Source: Octopus sinensis
Taxonomy: Eukaryota
Assembly (NCBI RefSeq): GCF_006345805.1
Contig: NC_043008.1
Coordinates: 69,006,001-69,070,000, forward strand
DNA length: 64,000 bases
Reading direction: 5' to 3'
Part shown: positions 1 to 14,339 of the stretch, one piece after another
Numbering within the stretch: the stretch's first letter is position 1
How the letters are laid out: the number at the start of each line of letters is the position of its first letter
Notes under the pieces: generated by a model
Told to the model about the DNA's origin: nothing
Database searches by the model: none
Seen by the model: only the letters and a program-made list of their open reading frames with translations
Made by a program: the position numbers and the translations under genes

Positions 1-315
1 AACCCTGTTTGAACTCTTGAACTTTCTAGAATCTACTACATTCAACCTTTTTTGACGTCACTGCTTAAACGGAATATTTTAAAGAAACACTCATTATCGC
101 TATGGACTCCGTGTGGACAGTCATCTAAAAGTTTTTGTTCATCATGATGCTGACATAAGTTCCTTGTCTTTCCTGATGAGAAGGCGGCATAATGCACCCC
201 TTATTCCTTCGAATTAGGAATATGCAGTCTTTGAATATGTCGAGAATAAAGGAATTTTGTTAAATCGTCGTTCAACCCATTCTTTCATTATTTGTATATA
301 CATATTAATAATATA

Positions 316-348
<33 letters not shown>

Positions 349-353
<5 letters not shown>

Positions 354-445
354 TAATCCAAACGGAAAACAGAAAAAGCAACAACACGTGGAACAATTAA
401 AGTATTATTATTATTAGGCGCTCAGGAAAATGGAAGAAAAGAAAG
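349..445 (-). mobile_element. 3' fragment of short hammerhead-bearing repeat family (family E)
   Basis: Reverse complement (cctgagcgcctaataat...ttgttccacgtg...tttggattaacc) matches the distal part of the copy at 50640-50725. Confidence 0.7.
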
Positions 446-475
446 ATATATATATACATATATACACACACACAC

Positions 476-514
<39 letters not shown>

Positions 515-548
515 GATATATTATACATTATATATACATACATATAGA

Positions 549-580
<32 letters not shown>

Positions 581-630
581 TATACATACATATATACATA
601 CACACACACACAAACACACACAATAATACA

Positions 631-666
<36 letters not shown>

Positions 667-672
667 TATATA

Positions 673-1407
673 TAACTTAGAAAGGTTTTGGCCAGTATTG
701 GCCCAGGCCATGTCTAACTTAATAGCACCACCTGGCGAAGTCTTTCAATTCAGGATTTGGGCACTGAGGCCCATTCGAGCTGAGAGTTATTGTTTGCGGA
801 GACATATCCGGGTGTGGGTGGTTTGTCCGAGACTGTTTGAAGGAATTTGTCCAAAGACTTCTTGAATTTTGTGTGGTCAGTCTCTGTTTTAACGTGTCCT
901 GGTGTAATTTTGAAGAGAGCGGGTCCAATTCATGTGAAATAATTGTGCCGTATTGTCGTTATGTGATGCGATTTAGATATTTGTTGTGGACGGTTGGCAC
1001 GTGGTCCAAGCCTTGGATGTATTTTGAAGGTGATGCCAACATCATTCGGACAGTGCTGATGGAATATTTTCCACATCATACAGATAATGTAGCGTCACGG
1101 CGTCGTGGAGTGAATACAGTTTCAGCTTCTCTAGTTACCCCAGTAGTCAAGGTCTGACATGCCATCTATTTTTTTGTGATTGACCTTTGGGGAGCTTCAA
1201 TTCTCATAATATTTTGTTTTGTGTAGGGAGACCACAGTGGACAGCAGTATTCAAGGTGGGGTCGGGCAAAAGTGGAGAAGAGATGGATAATAGTGTGGGA
1301 ATCTCTCTGAGAATCCAGGAACACATTCTGCGGGCAATGTCAACTTTGCTGCTTATATGTGTAGCCCAGCTTATGTTAATGTCCACTGTTACTCCCAAGT
1401 CTCTGAT
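673..1407 (-). mobile_element. 5'-truncated CR1-group LINE (family 2), ORF2 C-terminus plus 3' UTR
   Basis: Near-identical to 55755-56510. Encodes ...ISSKV..ARRMCSWILR... and the post-RT region; ends in a ttctaagtta tail next to (TA)n. Confidence 0.9.
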
Positions 1408-1714
1408 ATATATATATGTTATGGATACACAGAAAAAGCTGAAAATAGAATGTAAACAAACGAAACGAAATAAAATACGCTTCTTTCTAAGAGTAATAGA
1501 AGACCTTTGACAGAGTATTCACTTCACTCTGGGATTCATTAAATGAAGAACAGTATAGAAACGAATAAATAACTGACTTAATGTACATTATCATATATTA
1601 TATAAGTACACTCATATACATGTATAGTATGTCAGATGAAGCTATAGTCTGACAACCTAAAAGAAATCTATGGATGTACATATCTATAATCTATATATGT
1701 TTCTATCATTTCTC

Positions 1715-1750
<36 letters not shown>

Positions 1751-1753
1751 ATA

Positions 1754-1814
<61 letters not shown>

Positions 1815-2032
1815 GTAATATATATATTATACATATATATATATATATATATATATTTACATATAGATATATATATATATAGATATAGCTATATAGAGAA
1901 CACACATGTATATAAACATCGATATGCCACATACGGACATATAAATGCATATATACATACGTATATATATATATATATATATACACATATATACGAGTAT
2001 AAAATTCTTGAACTACTTTGTACATGTACGGG

Positions 2033-2081
<49 letters not shown>

Positions 2082-2399
2082 TGTATGTACATACGTACAC
2101 ATAAAGACGTATATATACAATTATTTGTATCTGCACAAATGAAATACGCGAAGAATAAAACATATTAGTACGTGGGGGTTTATATGCAGTTATACATGTA
2201 TATGTATAAATACATATGTGGATTTAGAAACATACACACACATATTAATATGTGCATATGATAAACCTTTGCTATACATGTTATATATATGATACTATAT
2301 TTATATATATATAAATATATATATATATATGTATATGTATATATATAATATTTATATGTATGTATATATATTATATATATGTAGTATGTATCTATCAAA

Positions 2400-2450
<51 letters not shown>

Positions 2451-2555
2451 AAATCTACCTTTGGAATATGTTCAAAATCATAGGCATTCATTGCACCATT
2501 ATATATAATGGTTACATGTGAAAAGTATTATACACACACACACACAAACACACCA

Positions 2556-2607
<52 letters not shown>

Positions 2608-2801
2608 GTCTGTGTGTGTGTGTGAGTGGGTGTGGTTTGGGTGTGTGTGTGTGTGTGTGTGTGGTATCTGTCTGAACCTCGTCTCGCGACACAGTATATT
2701 GCATATATACATATGATATGCGTATAATTTTCAAGTGACATGTTATTTTGCATTCGATAATAACATATATACATGTATATATATATATATATATAGATAT
2801 A

Positions 2802-2840
<39 letters not shown>

Positions 2841-3098
2841 TATATATATATACACATATGTAGATATACGTATATATAGAGTATTTATATATTACATATA
2901 GATATACATACACGCACACGCATACATAAATATATATATATATACATATGTGCATATCTATATATCTATATATATATACATATATATACAAATATATATA
3001 TTTACATAAATATATATACATGTACTTATGTATATATATGTATATATATACATATATATATACATATATATATATACACACACATACACACACACATC

Positions 3099-3145
<47 letters not shown>

Positions 3146-3594
3146 CGGATTAGATAATGGGCTGATTCAAATGTCTCCCATACCCGCCTCACGTAAAATC
3201 TCGACTTTAAACCACATAAAAGTGATGTGAATTATTGATTAAAAAATGAACACAGTTAAGTTTAAACACAGCTCTATATATCTTCCCATGACAGAGAGAG
3301 AGAGGGAGAGAGAGAGAGAGAGAGAGGGTGTATGTTCATGCGTATGTAAGTGAGATGAAAGAAAAAGTGAGAGAGAGATAGAGAGGGAGAGAGAAATAGA
3401 TAGAGATGGAGTGAAAGTGAGGGAGACGGAGTCTGTTTGCCTGTAGTAGAGTGGGTGTCGTGTGCGTGTGGTTTTCCTGTGCTTTTGAGAGAGTCTAGGT
3501 TTTGAAAAATTTTAAATGTTTGTAAAAGTATTCAACCTCAGTAGAATATCAAAAATAAGTCTAAAATACAAAGAAGTGTAACATATATAAAAAT

Positions 3595-3603
3595 GAAAAT
3601 ATT

Positions 3604-3673
<70 letters not shown>

Positions 3674-3827
3674 CAGTACTAGTACTAATAATTATGAGAA
3701 TAATATTACCAACAATAAGAATAGTAATAATAATGAAAATAATATCAATAATAATATTAATAGTAATAACAGCAATAATAATAATAATAACAATAATATA
3801 ATAATAATAATAATAATAATGATGATG

Positions 3828-3880
<53 letters not shown>

Positions 3881-4159
3881 AATAATAATAATGAAGATAA
3901 TAATTATAATAATATTAATGATAGTAATAATGACAATAATAATATTAATAATAGTAATAATGATAATAATGATAATAATAATATTAATAAGAGTAATAAT
4001 AAGACCAAAAATAATAATAATAATAATAATAATAAATAATAATATTACTAGTACTAATAATTATGAGAATAACATTAACAACAATAAGAATAGTAATAAT
4101 AATGGAAATAATAATAATAATAATAACAATAATAATAATAATATTAATAATAATAATAT

Positions 4160-4193
<34 letters not shown>

Positions 4194-4318
4194 GTAATAA
4201 TAGCAATAATAACAATAATAATAACAGGAATAATAATGATAATAATAATGATGATGATAATAAAAATAATGATGATAATAATAAAAATAAAAATAATAAT
4301 AATAATAATAACAACAAC

Positions 4319-4358
<40 letters not shown>

Positions 4359-4395
4359 TGAAAAAATAATATAATAATAATAATAATAATTGTGA
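3595..4395. repeat. Long imperfect (AAT)n microsatellite
   Basis: Directly visible; explains the poly-Ile/Asn ORFs 3819..4361 and 4061..4432. Confidence 0.95.
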
Positions 4396-4872
4396 TAAAA
4401 ATATTTATTTCAGTAACAATAGTAAAATTCAACTACAAACGGAAGTTTATAGTCTATCCATTGAAACATAAATTCGAAAAAAAAAGAAAAAAATTATAAT
4501 TCACATCCTTCACGTTAAGCTTTCCATTCACTCCGTCCCCCTTCCCCTGATTATTACCATCATCATCACCATCAACAACAAAAGCAAGTGCATCATCATC
4601 AGCAACAGCGATAGCAAGGACAACAGCATGTATAGAAGTGTAGTCGTCTTTAGCGTTGTGTGACCCTGAGGAGGGTTTTTTTGGGCGCGGGGAGGGCTGC
4701 GATCAAGTTACTGGTATATTATTACTGTCTGTACCATTCCATTTATGTGTATATGTATGCGTTTATATTGTCTCTGCAATATATAGGCAATTATATATAT
4801 ATATAGTATAATTACATAATATATATTATATATATATAATACATACATATATCTAATATATAATATATACAT

Positions 4873-4925
<53 letters not shown>

Positions 4926-4938
4926 CATATATACATAC

Positions 4939-4969
<31 letters not shown>

Positions 4970-5155
4970 AATATATACATACATACAAGCATACGGATAG
5001 ATACATATTGCAAGTGAGTTCATGAGGTTTTTGTGATAACATATGCACACACACACACACAACACACACACAGCAAACACACATATATAATATATATATA
5101 TATATATTGTATATATATATATATATATATATATACCATATATATATATCTATAT

Positions 5156-5203
<48 letters not shown>

Positions 5204-5414
5204 TATTCATAAATAATGTGTGTATTTACACACACACCACACACACACATATATGGATATATATTTACTCACAATATACATAACTATACATGTATTGTGT
5301 ATGTGTGTGTGTGTTTGTGTATTTCTATGCATTTGTTGTCCTCAAAATATATGTTAGACGTTTACCTACTTTTACCATTTCCTTCCTCTGGTTAGTTATT
5401 GACGTTGAAAGTTA

Positions 5415-5473
5415 TTGTGATTATGATGATGGTGATGATGATGATGATGATGATGAAGATGATGATGATGATA

Positions 5474-5527
<54 letters not shown>

Positions 5528-5550
5528 GTCATGAAGATGATGATGATGGT
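5415..5550. repeat. (GAT)n microsatellite
   Basis: Directly visible; explains the poly-D, poly-H and poly-M ORFs. Confidence 0.95.
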
Positions 5551-6511
5551 ATCGTTCATGGTAGAATGTAATAATGAAAAAGAAATACACAAAAAATTAT
5601 AATAAGCACTTCTAACGTTGAACACATAAATTGATAAATTTATAAATGGCAACAAGCTGAAATTAAAACGACTAAAAGAAAATAAATAAAATATATGTAA
5701 AATATCAGAAAATAATATGCCCCGAAAATAATGTCTTCCTATATGTAGCTTTATATACATACATACATACATACATTCATACATACATACCTGCATGTAT
5801 ACGTACATACGTACGTATATACACACATATATACATATAAGCATATATACATATAAACATATATATATGATATATATATGTACATATAGTACATATATGA
5901 TACGTACATGTATATATATATATAATATATATATATATATCATATATATATATATATTTATATATATGCGTATATATATTTATATATATATATGTACGTA
6001 TACATATATATATATACATACCTACTTAAATGCATATATATATATATATTATATATATATATATATCCACACATTTATATTTATATATCACTATGTGTAT
6101 ATAAATGTGTGCACATATATATGTTTTCTCACACACAAATACACATATATGTGCATATATAGATACACAATTTCCTATTTCCAGACAGTCACACGCATGT
6201 CCAAATATGCTACAATATAGATATTCTGATTTGTATATAAAGAACTCAATCCTTTACGTAGACTAAAACATTTTTGAAAGTTAAAAGTGACCTTGGAGTT
6301 TCGCCTAAACTCAACTTTTCAGTGTATATTACTAGAGATATTACATATTTGATATGAAGATTGCTATACATACTTGAAATGGGCGATTTTCTATTAGAGA
6401 TGAAATATATTAAAAAGAATAAAAAGGAAAATGACTGAAGGGAATCCAGATGGTTCAGGCCAGAGAAATATTTACATAATCCTAAATATATGATAAAAAT
6501 TTTCAGCAGAA

Positions 6512-6601
<90 letters not shown>

Positions 6602-6608
6602 TTATCTA

Positions 6609-6643
<35 letters not shown>

Positions 6644-6717
6644 GCCTGTTTCCCTCTATATACGTCCCCTGCCCAATTCAGGATCACAGCATATATGTAC
6701 ACTGCAACATAATTTAT

Positions 6718-7010
6718 TTTCCTTAACAGGACCTGCCCTATTGAACATTGTCCCGAAAGAGATCAAAGAGGAAAAGGATCCCATCAACTTTAAACGGAGT
6801 CTGGATAGATTCTTTCGAGGAATACCAGATAAGCCACCCATAATTGGATACAACTCACCCAACAAAAACTCACTACTTGAATGGACCACAAACAAAACTT
6901 GACTTAAACAGGATTTATATAATCATATCAGGTGGTGCTATTAAGTTAGACATGCCCTAGACCAATCTTTGGTCGAAACATGTCTAAGTTTATCTAAGTT
7001 TATCTAATTT
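6718..7010 (+). mobile_element. Old 3' fragment of a CR1-group LINE related to family 2
   Basis: Translates to TGPALLNIVPKEIKEEKDPINFKRSLDRFFRGIPDKPPIIGYNSPNKNSLLEW. Followed by caggtggtgctattaagttagacatg (as at 700-730 and 55800-55825) and a tctaagttta repeat tail. Confidence 0.8.
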
Positions 7011-7049
7011 ATATCAACATCAATATTCATATATATATATATCTATATA

Positions 7050-7102
<53 letters not shown>

Positions 7103-7390
7103 GTGTGTGTGTGTGTGTGTGTGTGTGCATCTGTGATTGGTAGTTTTCTTAGAGGAATTTTCTACTCTGATTTTCACAGCGATGCTGGCACCGTGTGTGC
7201 ACTATTACAATTAGAAATTAATTATAAAATTTTGGATTTGCCATTTATCGGCTTTCGTTTATTGCCCACCTATATTATTGTTGTTATTATCATCTTACTA
7301 ATGATAATAATTAATAATAATATCTATATAAATATTTTCAAATATTTATTCATTTAGTAATTTTATACACTGACACTATTTTTGAATGTG

Positions 7391-7547
7391 GCTTCTTTAA
7401 GTTTCCGTCTACCAAATCCATTTACAAAGCTTTGGTCGGCTCGAGGCTATAGTTGAACACACTCGCTCAAGGTGCCACGCAGTGGGACTGAATTTGGAAC
7501 CATGTGTTTGGGAAGCAAGCTTCTAACTACACAGCCACGCCTGCGAC
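7391..7547 (-). mobile_element. tRNA-headed SINE, 5' half (family A/B head)
   Basis: Reverse complement has A-box-like tggctgtgtag and B-box-like gttccaaattcagtccc, then ...tggtagacggaaact. Homologous to 18020-18190, 41520-41685 and 49082-49240. Confidence 0.85.
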
Positions 7548-7592
7548 TATAAGATGTATATGAAAAGGGATGTTTGCCTATTATATGCACAC

Positions 7593-7652
<60 letters not shown>

Positions 7653-8778
7653 TGTATGTTATAGGTTATGAAGGTAATGGTGTCAGGAAGACCCAAAGGT
7701 GTCAGGTAAGGAGTCCAACGTAGGTCATATATCAGCGTTTTTATATATAATTATTTTTTGGGAATGAGATAAAAACCAAGGCTGTGAAGATTTTAGAACA
7801 TTTATAAATAGAAGGTCTTACATATATTTCAATGATATTTATTATACCTCTTCATACAAACTCGCAAGCGAGCATAATCTATTAGTATGTATCATGCATT
7901 CGTGAATTGATTGAGCAGTTTAAGTAATCATGAACGGACCTCCTATCCTTCATCCAGCCTAACATCGCGGTTGTGAAAGCTGGAAGGAAAATGTCCGCAC
8001 CAGTTAGCCACTGGACGATATTATTTTGCGCTTAGTAGATTAATACAATACAAAATGAGTTGCTCTGCTCTAGAATACACCCCATAACATGGTGGTGCAA
8101 ATACCAAACTGTCGAATATATGATTAAGAATAAAACACCATTACCAGACACGCAAACACGCACACCACACACACACACACGCAAACACATACATACACAC
8201 ACATCTGGATAGTTAAAGTCAACCATAAGCACAGTGTGTATATTCGAGATTGTGTTTAGTTGCGCATTACAGTAGAATGGAATTAGCTTCATGAAATTAA
8301 CAATGAATTTGGCAAGTTCACGAAAGTTCAATATAATCTCTGCAGTCAATAGGAGAACTATGGACATATGTTTCGGTTTATTCAGAACTCACCAGCAGAA
8401 TAAAGTCTGCAAAAATCAGTTGTTCTGTGCTTAAGTGTTGGCAAAATAAAGTTACATATATTATTGGCTAAAGGCAATATTTGCATAATTAAAAAGGAAA
8501 AAGAGCTGAGTTGCCAAAAGCGTGAATTTAGATTACTACGTTAAAAGGGTCGAGGTACAGAATGCCGTAGATAAAACATTCTTCATTTATATTGAAACTT
8601 CCATCTGAGTTGATGACAAAAGACAAGAAGCTGGCGGAAATGGTTTATGTATATTAAAAAAATTACTTCTTAATAAACATGTATGTATGTGAGTGTATAG
8701 ACACACACACACACACACACACACAACACACACCACACACACACACACACACTCACACACACAGATATATATATGAAA

Positions 8779-8821
<43 letters not shown>

Positions 8822-9080
8822 AGTTATAGATGTATGCATGCATATAAATATGCAGATATCCTTTTTCATATATATTCTTTTACATAGATTTATATTATGT
8901 AAACATATTGCGACACACAGACATTCACACAGACATGTATAACTGTGTGTGTGTTAGAAAATTATTTATATATATATGCATATAATTCAATATACAGACA
9001 TCCGTATGCAAATATATTATATCATGTATACTAATGTCATTCGAAAATAAAGACATGCGCAAAGACACAAACTCGGAGGA

Positions 9081-9113
<33 letters not shown>

Positions 9114-9579
9114 TGTATGTATGGATATATGTGTATACGTATGTACGTTCGTATGTATGTATGTATGCATATATGTACGTATATATGTATGTATGTACGT
9201 ATGCATGTATGTGTCTGTCTGTGTGTGTGTCTCTGTCTATACACACACACACACACGCGTACGATTATTATTTAAAAAATGCATGTCTCCTATGAATTTC
9301 CGGTAACACATACAGTAACAGGCTGTAGTTAGCTGCACCCTGCCTACCATTATGTGCTGCAACGAACTTTTACCTCAGAACTCCCAGAAAAATTGATATT
9401 CTTTAATGAAATTTTCTATAAGTATGCTTTAGACATTAGATTCTGATTATGTCAGAATTTCTTGTGAAGACCAAGTGTATCAATATGTTTCTGTGCTGTC
9501 CCACCAATTTTTATTTTCATATTAAAATCCGATGTAATCATAATCCAAAACATATTTATCGAAATTTTCATTTAAAAAT

Positions 9580-10565
9580 ACACATTATTTCGAAAGTCAT
9601 AAGGAATCAAATCCGACTTGTTTGAATTTTCTGAAACTTTTCCCATCCTCCCGAAAACACTTCTTTTTCCAACGAAATTCAGATATAACTTGAAATGTAG
9701 ACCATCTGAAGCATATTTGAAGAAAGTTTCATTCAAAAAATATACATTTTGGTGGAAGTTATGAGTACACAAAATCGCTGGGGCACATTTGTGTATGTAT
9801 AGCCATTGCTTTAACATAAATATCTTCGATTATAATTTTTAAAGATACATGCTTATTATGAACTTCTGATTATGCATGAGCAATAATATAAGTAACCGGC
9901 ATGAGCGAAGTGTTCATTAGCGGGCTACAGTTATTGCGCATCGTGTAGATTCCGATAATATTAGGATTTATTGTGAAAATATTTTTGCAAGGGTAGTTTG
10001 AGGATTTTCGAAAAATTCTGACAAGTGTTCTTCGTTTTCTCAAGACTATCAGAAAAATGAACATTTTTCCCCATCAAATACATTTCAGAGTGTGTAGATT
10101 ACTGTTATATCAGAATTAGATAAGAAAAAATATTGGTGGGACACACACATACATACTGATACACATCACATATATCTACAAAATGAAACTTCAAATTAAA
10201 AAAAAAACTGATATGTGTCAGTATATACATGTGCGGGCTCACCGTTTTCTTTTCTCATCAAATTCCTATATATTCAATATTTAACACTATAAAAGACATT
10301 GTAGAAATTTTCTTTTAAATATACTAATTTTTCAAAAAGTTATAAGGAAAGCAAGCTGACTCTTGTGAATTGTCTGACACTCCTCTCTCCACTCTCCCGA
10401 TAAACAATGCTTTTTCATAACAAATTCCAATAGAATTGGAATCTGCGGCACCCGAAGCGTGTTTGGGGAAAATTTCCTTAAATATGTCTATATCTCTGGA
10501 AGTTATGAGGAAACAACATCGGTGGGGTACAGTTGTGTATGTATACCCATTACTTTAACATGAAT
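9580..10565. repeat. Two diverged ~250-bp direct repeats (about 9580-9830 and 10320-10565), probably an old non-autonomous DNA element
   Basis: Shared colinear blocks aaagt(c/t)ataagga, ctcccga, ggaagttatgag, and tgtgtatgtata(g/c)ccatt(g/a)ctttaacat. Confidence 0.6.
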
Positions 10566-11084
10566 AATACTAAAATTACATTGCTACTTTATAGGTACAT
10601 ATCAGCCTGCTTCGCTTCATTTTCATTCTGTATGTATCAATATATAATCATATATTTGCATGTTATATATAAACAAAGAATATACTACTTTCGGTCGCTT
10701 TGCATCAAAAGGGTGACAATAATGTGAACGAGATGAGTTCAATTTTTCGCTACATTAAATGTAAATAGGTTAACGGTATCCACAATGATATTGCGTTTAG
10801 TAATGAACATTCGCTACACTATATGAATATATCATACAATGATACCAAACTAATGTAAAACATGCTATCTTAAAGATTTGGTGTTCGCACTAGTATACAA
10901 ATATATTAGTGCGTGTATTAAAAAAACAGTCATATATGTATTCATATGTGTATGTGTGTGCGCGTGAGATTGCGTCAACATGTGTGAATATATATACGTG
11001 TAGTTTAAAAACAACTGATTTATATCTGTTGTGAAAAGGCAAGAAATGATCAATATAAAACGAAGCAATAAACAACAACAACAT

Positions 11085-11118
<34 letters not shown>

Positions 11119-11123
11119 GCTGT

Positions 11124-11198
<75 letters not shown>

Positions 11199-11212
11199 GA
11201 AGAAGAAGAAGA

Positions 11213-11370
11213 ATACTTCCTACAAAAGGTACAAGGCCTGAAATTTGGGGGAGAGGCAATAGTCAAAATTATATCGACCGCAGTGTTTCACTGGTACTTA
11301 ATTTATTGACCCCCAAAAGAACGAAAGGCAAAGTCGACCTCGGCGGTATTTGAACTCAGAATGTAAAGAC
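11213..11370 (-). mobile_element. SINE fragment with Deu/Nin-like core (family C)
   Basis: Reverse complement contains ttctgagttcaaataccgccgaggtcgactttgcctttc...taagtaccagt; homologous to 32128-32330. Confidence 0.8.
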
Positions 11371-11590
11371 GAAAGAAATAATAATAATAAGGATGGTGAT
11401 AATGTAAAATAAGCCCAAAATATAAATCATAAAACAAAAGCGGCAGCACCACCATCAGGTCCTCCACCTCCGTCATTACCATCACAAGGGCAACGTTACA
11501 AAGTGTCCTCTCTCGGCAGACCAATGAGAGCGATGTCACTATATAAAATATTACTGAGGAGCGGGAATATGTATTTGTCTGTCTGTGTGC

Positions 11591-11637
<47 letters not shown>

Positions 11638-11650
11638 TGTGTGCATGCAT

Positions 11651-11691
<41 letters not shown>

Positions 11692-11779
11692 CATGAGTGT
11701 GTGTGAGAGAAAGAGTGAGGGAGAGGTGACTAGGGAGTGGTAATTTATCGCAAATTACACCCAGCTCTTCATCGACAAA

Positions 11780-12030
11780 CATCATTATTTTATCTTTCCC
11801 TTCTCCGGTTGTTTCCCAAACGTTTTCCTAGGATGCCATGATAGATCGTTAGCTCCTACACGCATTTTCTTTCTCTCCTTGTTTCTCTCCTTGTTTTTTT
11901 TTTCTGTGTATCTTTCTGTCGAAGAGCGTAGGCTCGAAACGTATTTCTGTTCCTGAGCGCTATACTAATACATTTGTTTGTTTGTACTCCACCTGCCTTC
12001 GTCTTTTGTTTATTTTCGTAAACGTTCCCT
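11780..12030 (+). mobile_element. Family E short element with minimal hammerhead-like motif (11912-11943)
   Basis: ctgtcgaagagcgtaggctcgaaacgt, then cctgagcgctatactaatac...tttattttcgtaaac; homologous to the copies at 17640, 20489 and 50520. Confidence 0.8.
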
Positions 12031-12324
12031 ATATATATATATATATAGGATCTTTTCTATTCTGAAGCCAGGACCACAGATCTTTCTACTTAACTAAATA
12101 ATCTGAAACTTCGTATGCTGATAGAGTCTAGCAAAACAGGACACAGGTTGGAACTAGTTTATTTGAGAAAAATCTATTTTATGACTTTAATCGTAGATTA
12201 AAACTGCGAATTTTAACCAATCAGATTGTTTGTTTTCATGTGTAAAACTTGACTGCATTCTATTAGTGTGACGTAGAAAGCGCTTTTGTGACGTACTAAC
12301 GTTCGGAAAACTGTAAACAAACAC

Positions 12325-12382
12325 GGCAGACGAAATACGGCTACGCATTTCGCCCGGCGTGCTAACGTTTCTGCCAGCTCTT
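12325..12382 (-). mobile_element. Head fragment of SINE family C
   Basis: Reverse complement gagctggcagaaacgttagcacgccgggcgaaatgcgtagccgtatttcgtc matches the start of the 32128 copy. Confidence 0.7.
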
Positions 12383-12551
12383 TGCTTTTTTAATATTAAA
12401 TTCCGGCGAAGTTTCGCTTGTCGTAGCACAAGTTTTCCGTTGATTTCCGTAAAAAACTTTTATTTTTTTACATAAGTAATGAGAGCGAAAGAGACTAAGA
12501 GGAAGCGATTTTATGACGAGGGAAGTTTGTCTTTGAAGTTACCATCTAGGG

Positions 12552-12769
12552 CAGGGGTGGGCAAACTTTTTTGATCGCGGGCCGCAACAGTGCGTCTTTG
12601 GAACCTTGGCGGGCCTCATTTTTATAAAAATCAAGTGAAATATTGTGAATTACCGTACAGTTACGAAGTATCTGCATAGAAGTTGGGGATTCATAAAAGC
12701 TCTCGGCGGGCCGCATGAAAACCTATGGCGGCCGCATGCGGCCCGCAGGTCGTAGTTTTCCCACCCCTG
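12552..12769. mobile_element. hAT (Charlie-like) MITE
   Basis: TIR caggggtgggcaaact / agttttcccacccctg; 8-bp TSD atctaggg (12544-12551) / gtctaggg (12770-12777), fitting the NTCTAGRN preference of this group. Confidence 0.9.
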
Positions 12770-13473
12770 GTCTAGGGGAAGCATTGATGTACATGTGTGT
12801 GTGTGTGTGTGTTTGATGGGGTGTGGGAGACAGTATGTTGTAAGTGAAGTGCTTCTGTTAGTGTGTGTGAAGAGACAGAGAGAGTAATGTGTGAAAGAGA
12901 GAGATAACTGAAATTTTTTACTCGGTGTAGTGTATATGTATGTCTGCATGTATGTGTGTGTGTGTATGTATCTATGTATGTATGGCCAATTCATCGTAAT
13001 TACGATTACGATGAATCGGCTATACATACATACACACACACACATACATACACACACCACACATACTTACACATACATACACACACACATACATGCAGAA
13101 CATACAGAATGGAAACATTTTCAATTTAATACATGTGGCTTATTAACTAGTTTTAAATATTGTTATTAGAAGGTGGCTGGCTGACTTGTTTACATTTAAG
13201 ATGTTTAAATACGTCACGAAATTGGTGGTCGAGACGGAGTAAATAAAATAAAGCCGAAGACGGAATATCATTGGTTAAAATTCTAATTATTAAACAACGT
13301 TAAACTTAGAAGTTACAATTCCGTTTTCATTCTGGTTTACAATTAAGTTTACTTTTTACACATTCTACCAGTATACGAAGTTTCAAATTGTTTGGTTCAG
13401 TAGGAAAAATTTGAAAAAACTGGCCTCAAAATAGAAAAGATCCTATATATATATATATATACATACATACATA

Positions 13474-14339
13474 CAGGGTCCGATGGGCAAATTGTCGCCA
13501 TTTATATTCTTAATTTTGCGCATGCGCATAGTTTGTTTTTGATTTTGTCGACTAAACAGTAGGTTCCGTTGGGCACCATGTGTGAGAAAAACAGCACCAT
13601 GGCGCAATTCAATTTGCCAGAAAGTTGGAAATGACAAACTGTACTGCTTGGAAATCACGCTTGAATCTCCAATACGAACATTTCAAAGTGTTTTGGGGCC
13701 AATCTGAGGACATGTACTGAAAGTAATAAAATGAAACATACAGTCAACATCAAGGTGTTTGGAATGATCACTAGTGATGGTGAGGTTATGTCTCCATTAA
13801 TCTTCTCACACGGCCTCAGACTCCACACGGAAGCTTACATCAAGTACCTGCAGATGGTTGGGTTGCCTTGAGTAAAAAGATTAGCTAATGGAAGTCCCTC
13901 TGACTGGTAACAGGACTCTGAATTATGCCACACAAGTAGGAGAACTCAGTCATGGCAGTCAGACAATTTCTGCGATCACATCATCCCTAAAATCTGGCCA
14001 CTTAACTCCCCAGACTGCAACCTCTTTGATTATTATATGCAGGGCGCAGTTAAACGAGAGACCAAATAAACTCCTTGTAACACTAAAGATGAACTGAAGA
14101 CAAGGATTATGGCAGTATTCCCCAACTTAAACAAAGAGGCCATCCAGAGGAGTTGCAGGAGATGCCAATTTCGTCTGGAGTCCGTGGTGGAAGCCAATGG
14201 CGATTTTATTGACTAAATTTACTCTTTAGTATATCAATATACCTTTATGTAATTTTGGTAAATATATATGTTAAAATGAGATGTCAGTGTAATTTTCATT
14301 TTTGCGTAATTTAGAAGACAGCTTATTCACCGCACCCTG
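13474..14339 (+). mobile_element. Internally deleted Tc1/mariner-superfamily element (maT/DD37D-like)
   Basis: TA|cagggt...accctg|TA termini. Degenerate transposase C-terminus (VKVFGMITSDGEVMSPLIFSHG; PLNSPDCNLFDYY). Colinear with 21513-22779. Confidence 0.85.

Larger units (their letters stand above)
12048..13443. mobile_element. Non-autonomous DNA transposon or foldback element with long imperfect TIRs (GGATCTTTTCTATT...AATAGAAAAGATCC), superfamily undetermined
   Basis: 12048-12130 is the reverse complement of 13365-13443. Symmetric motifs gaattttaaccaat and gtgacgta extend the TIR to over 200 bp. Both ends abut (TA)n. Confidence 0.75.

Noticed and set aside
6950-6990. gacc...ggtc-gaaacatgtc as a hammerhead ribozyme
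   Set aside because: There is no CUGANGA. It aligns with the CR1 3'-terminal stem-loop seen in the other LINE copies.
12190-12330. Promoter-like cluster (CCAAT, TGACG, Fox-like sites)
   Set aside because: The same motifs recur inverted at 13185-13285, so they are part of a transposon TIR.
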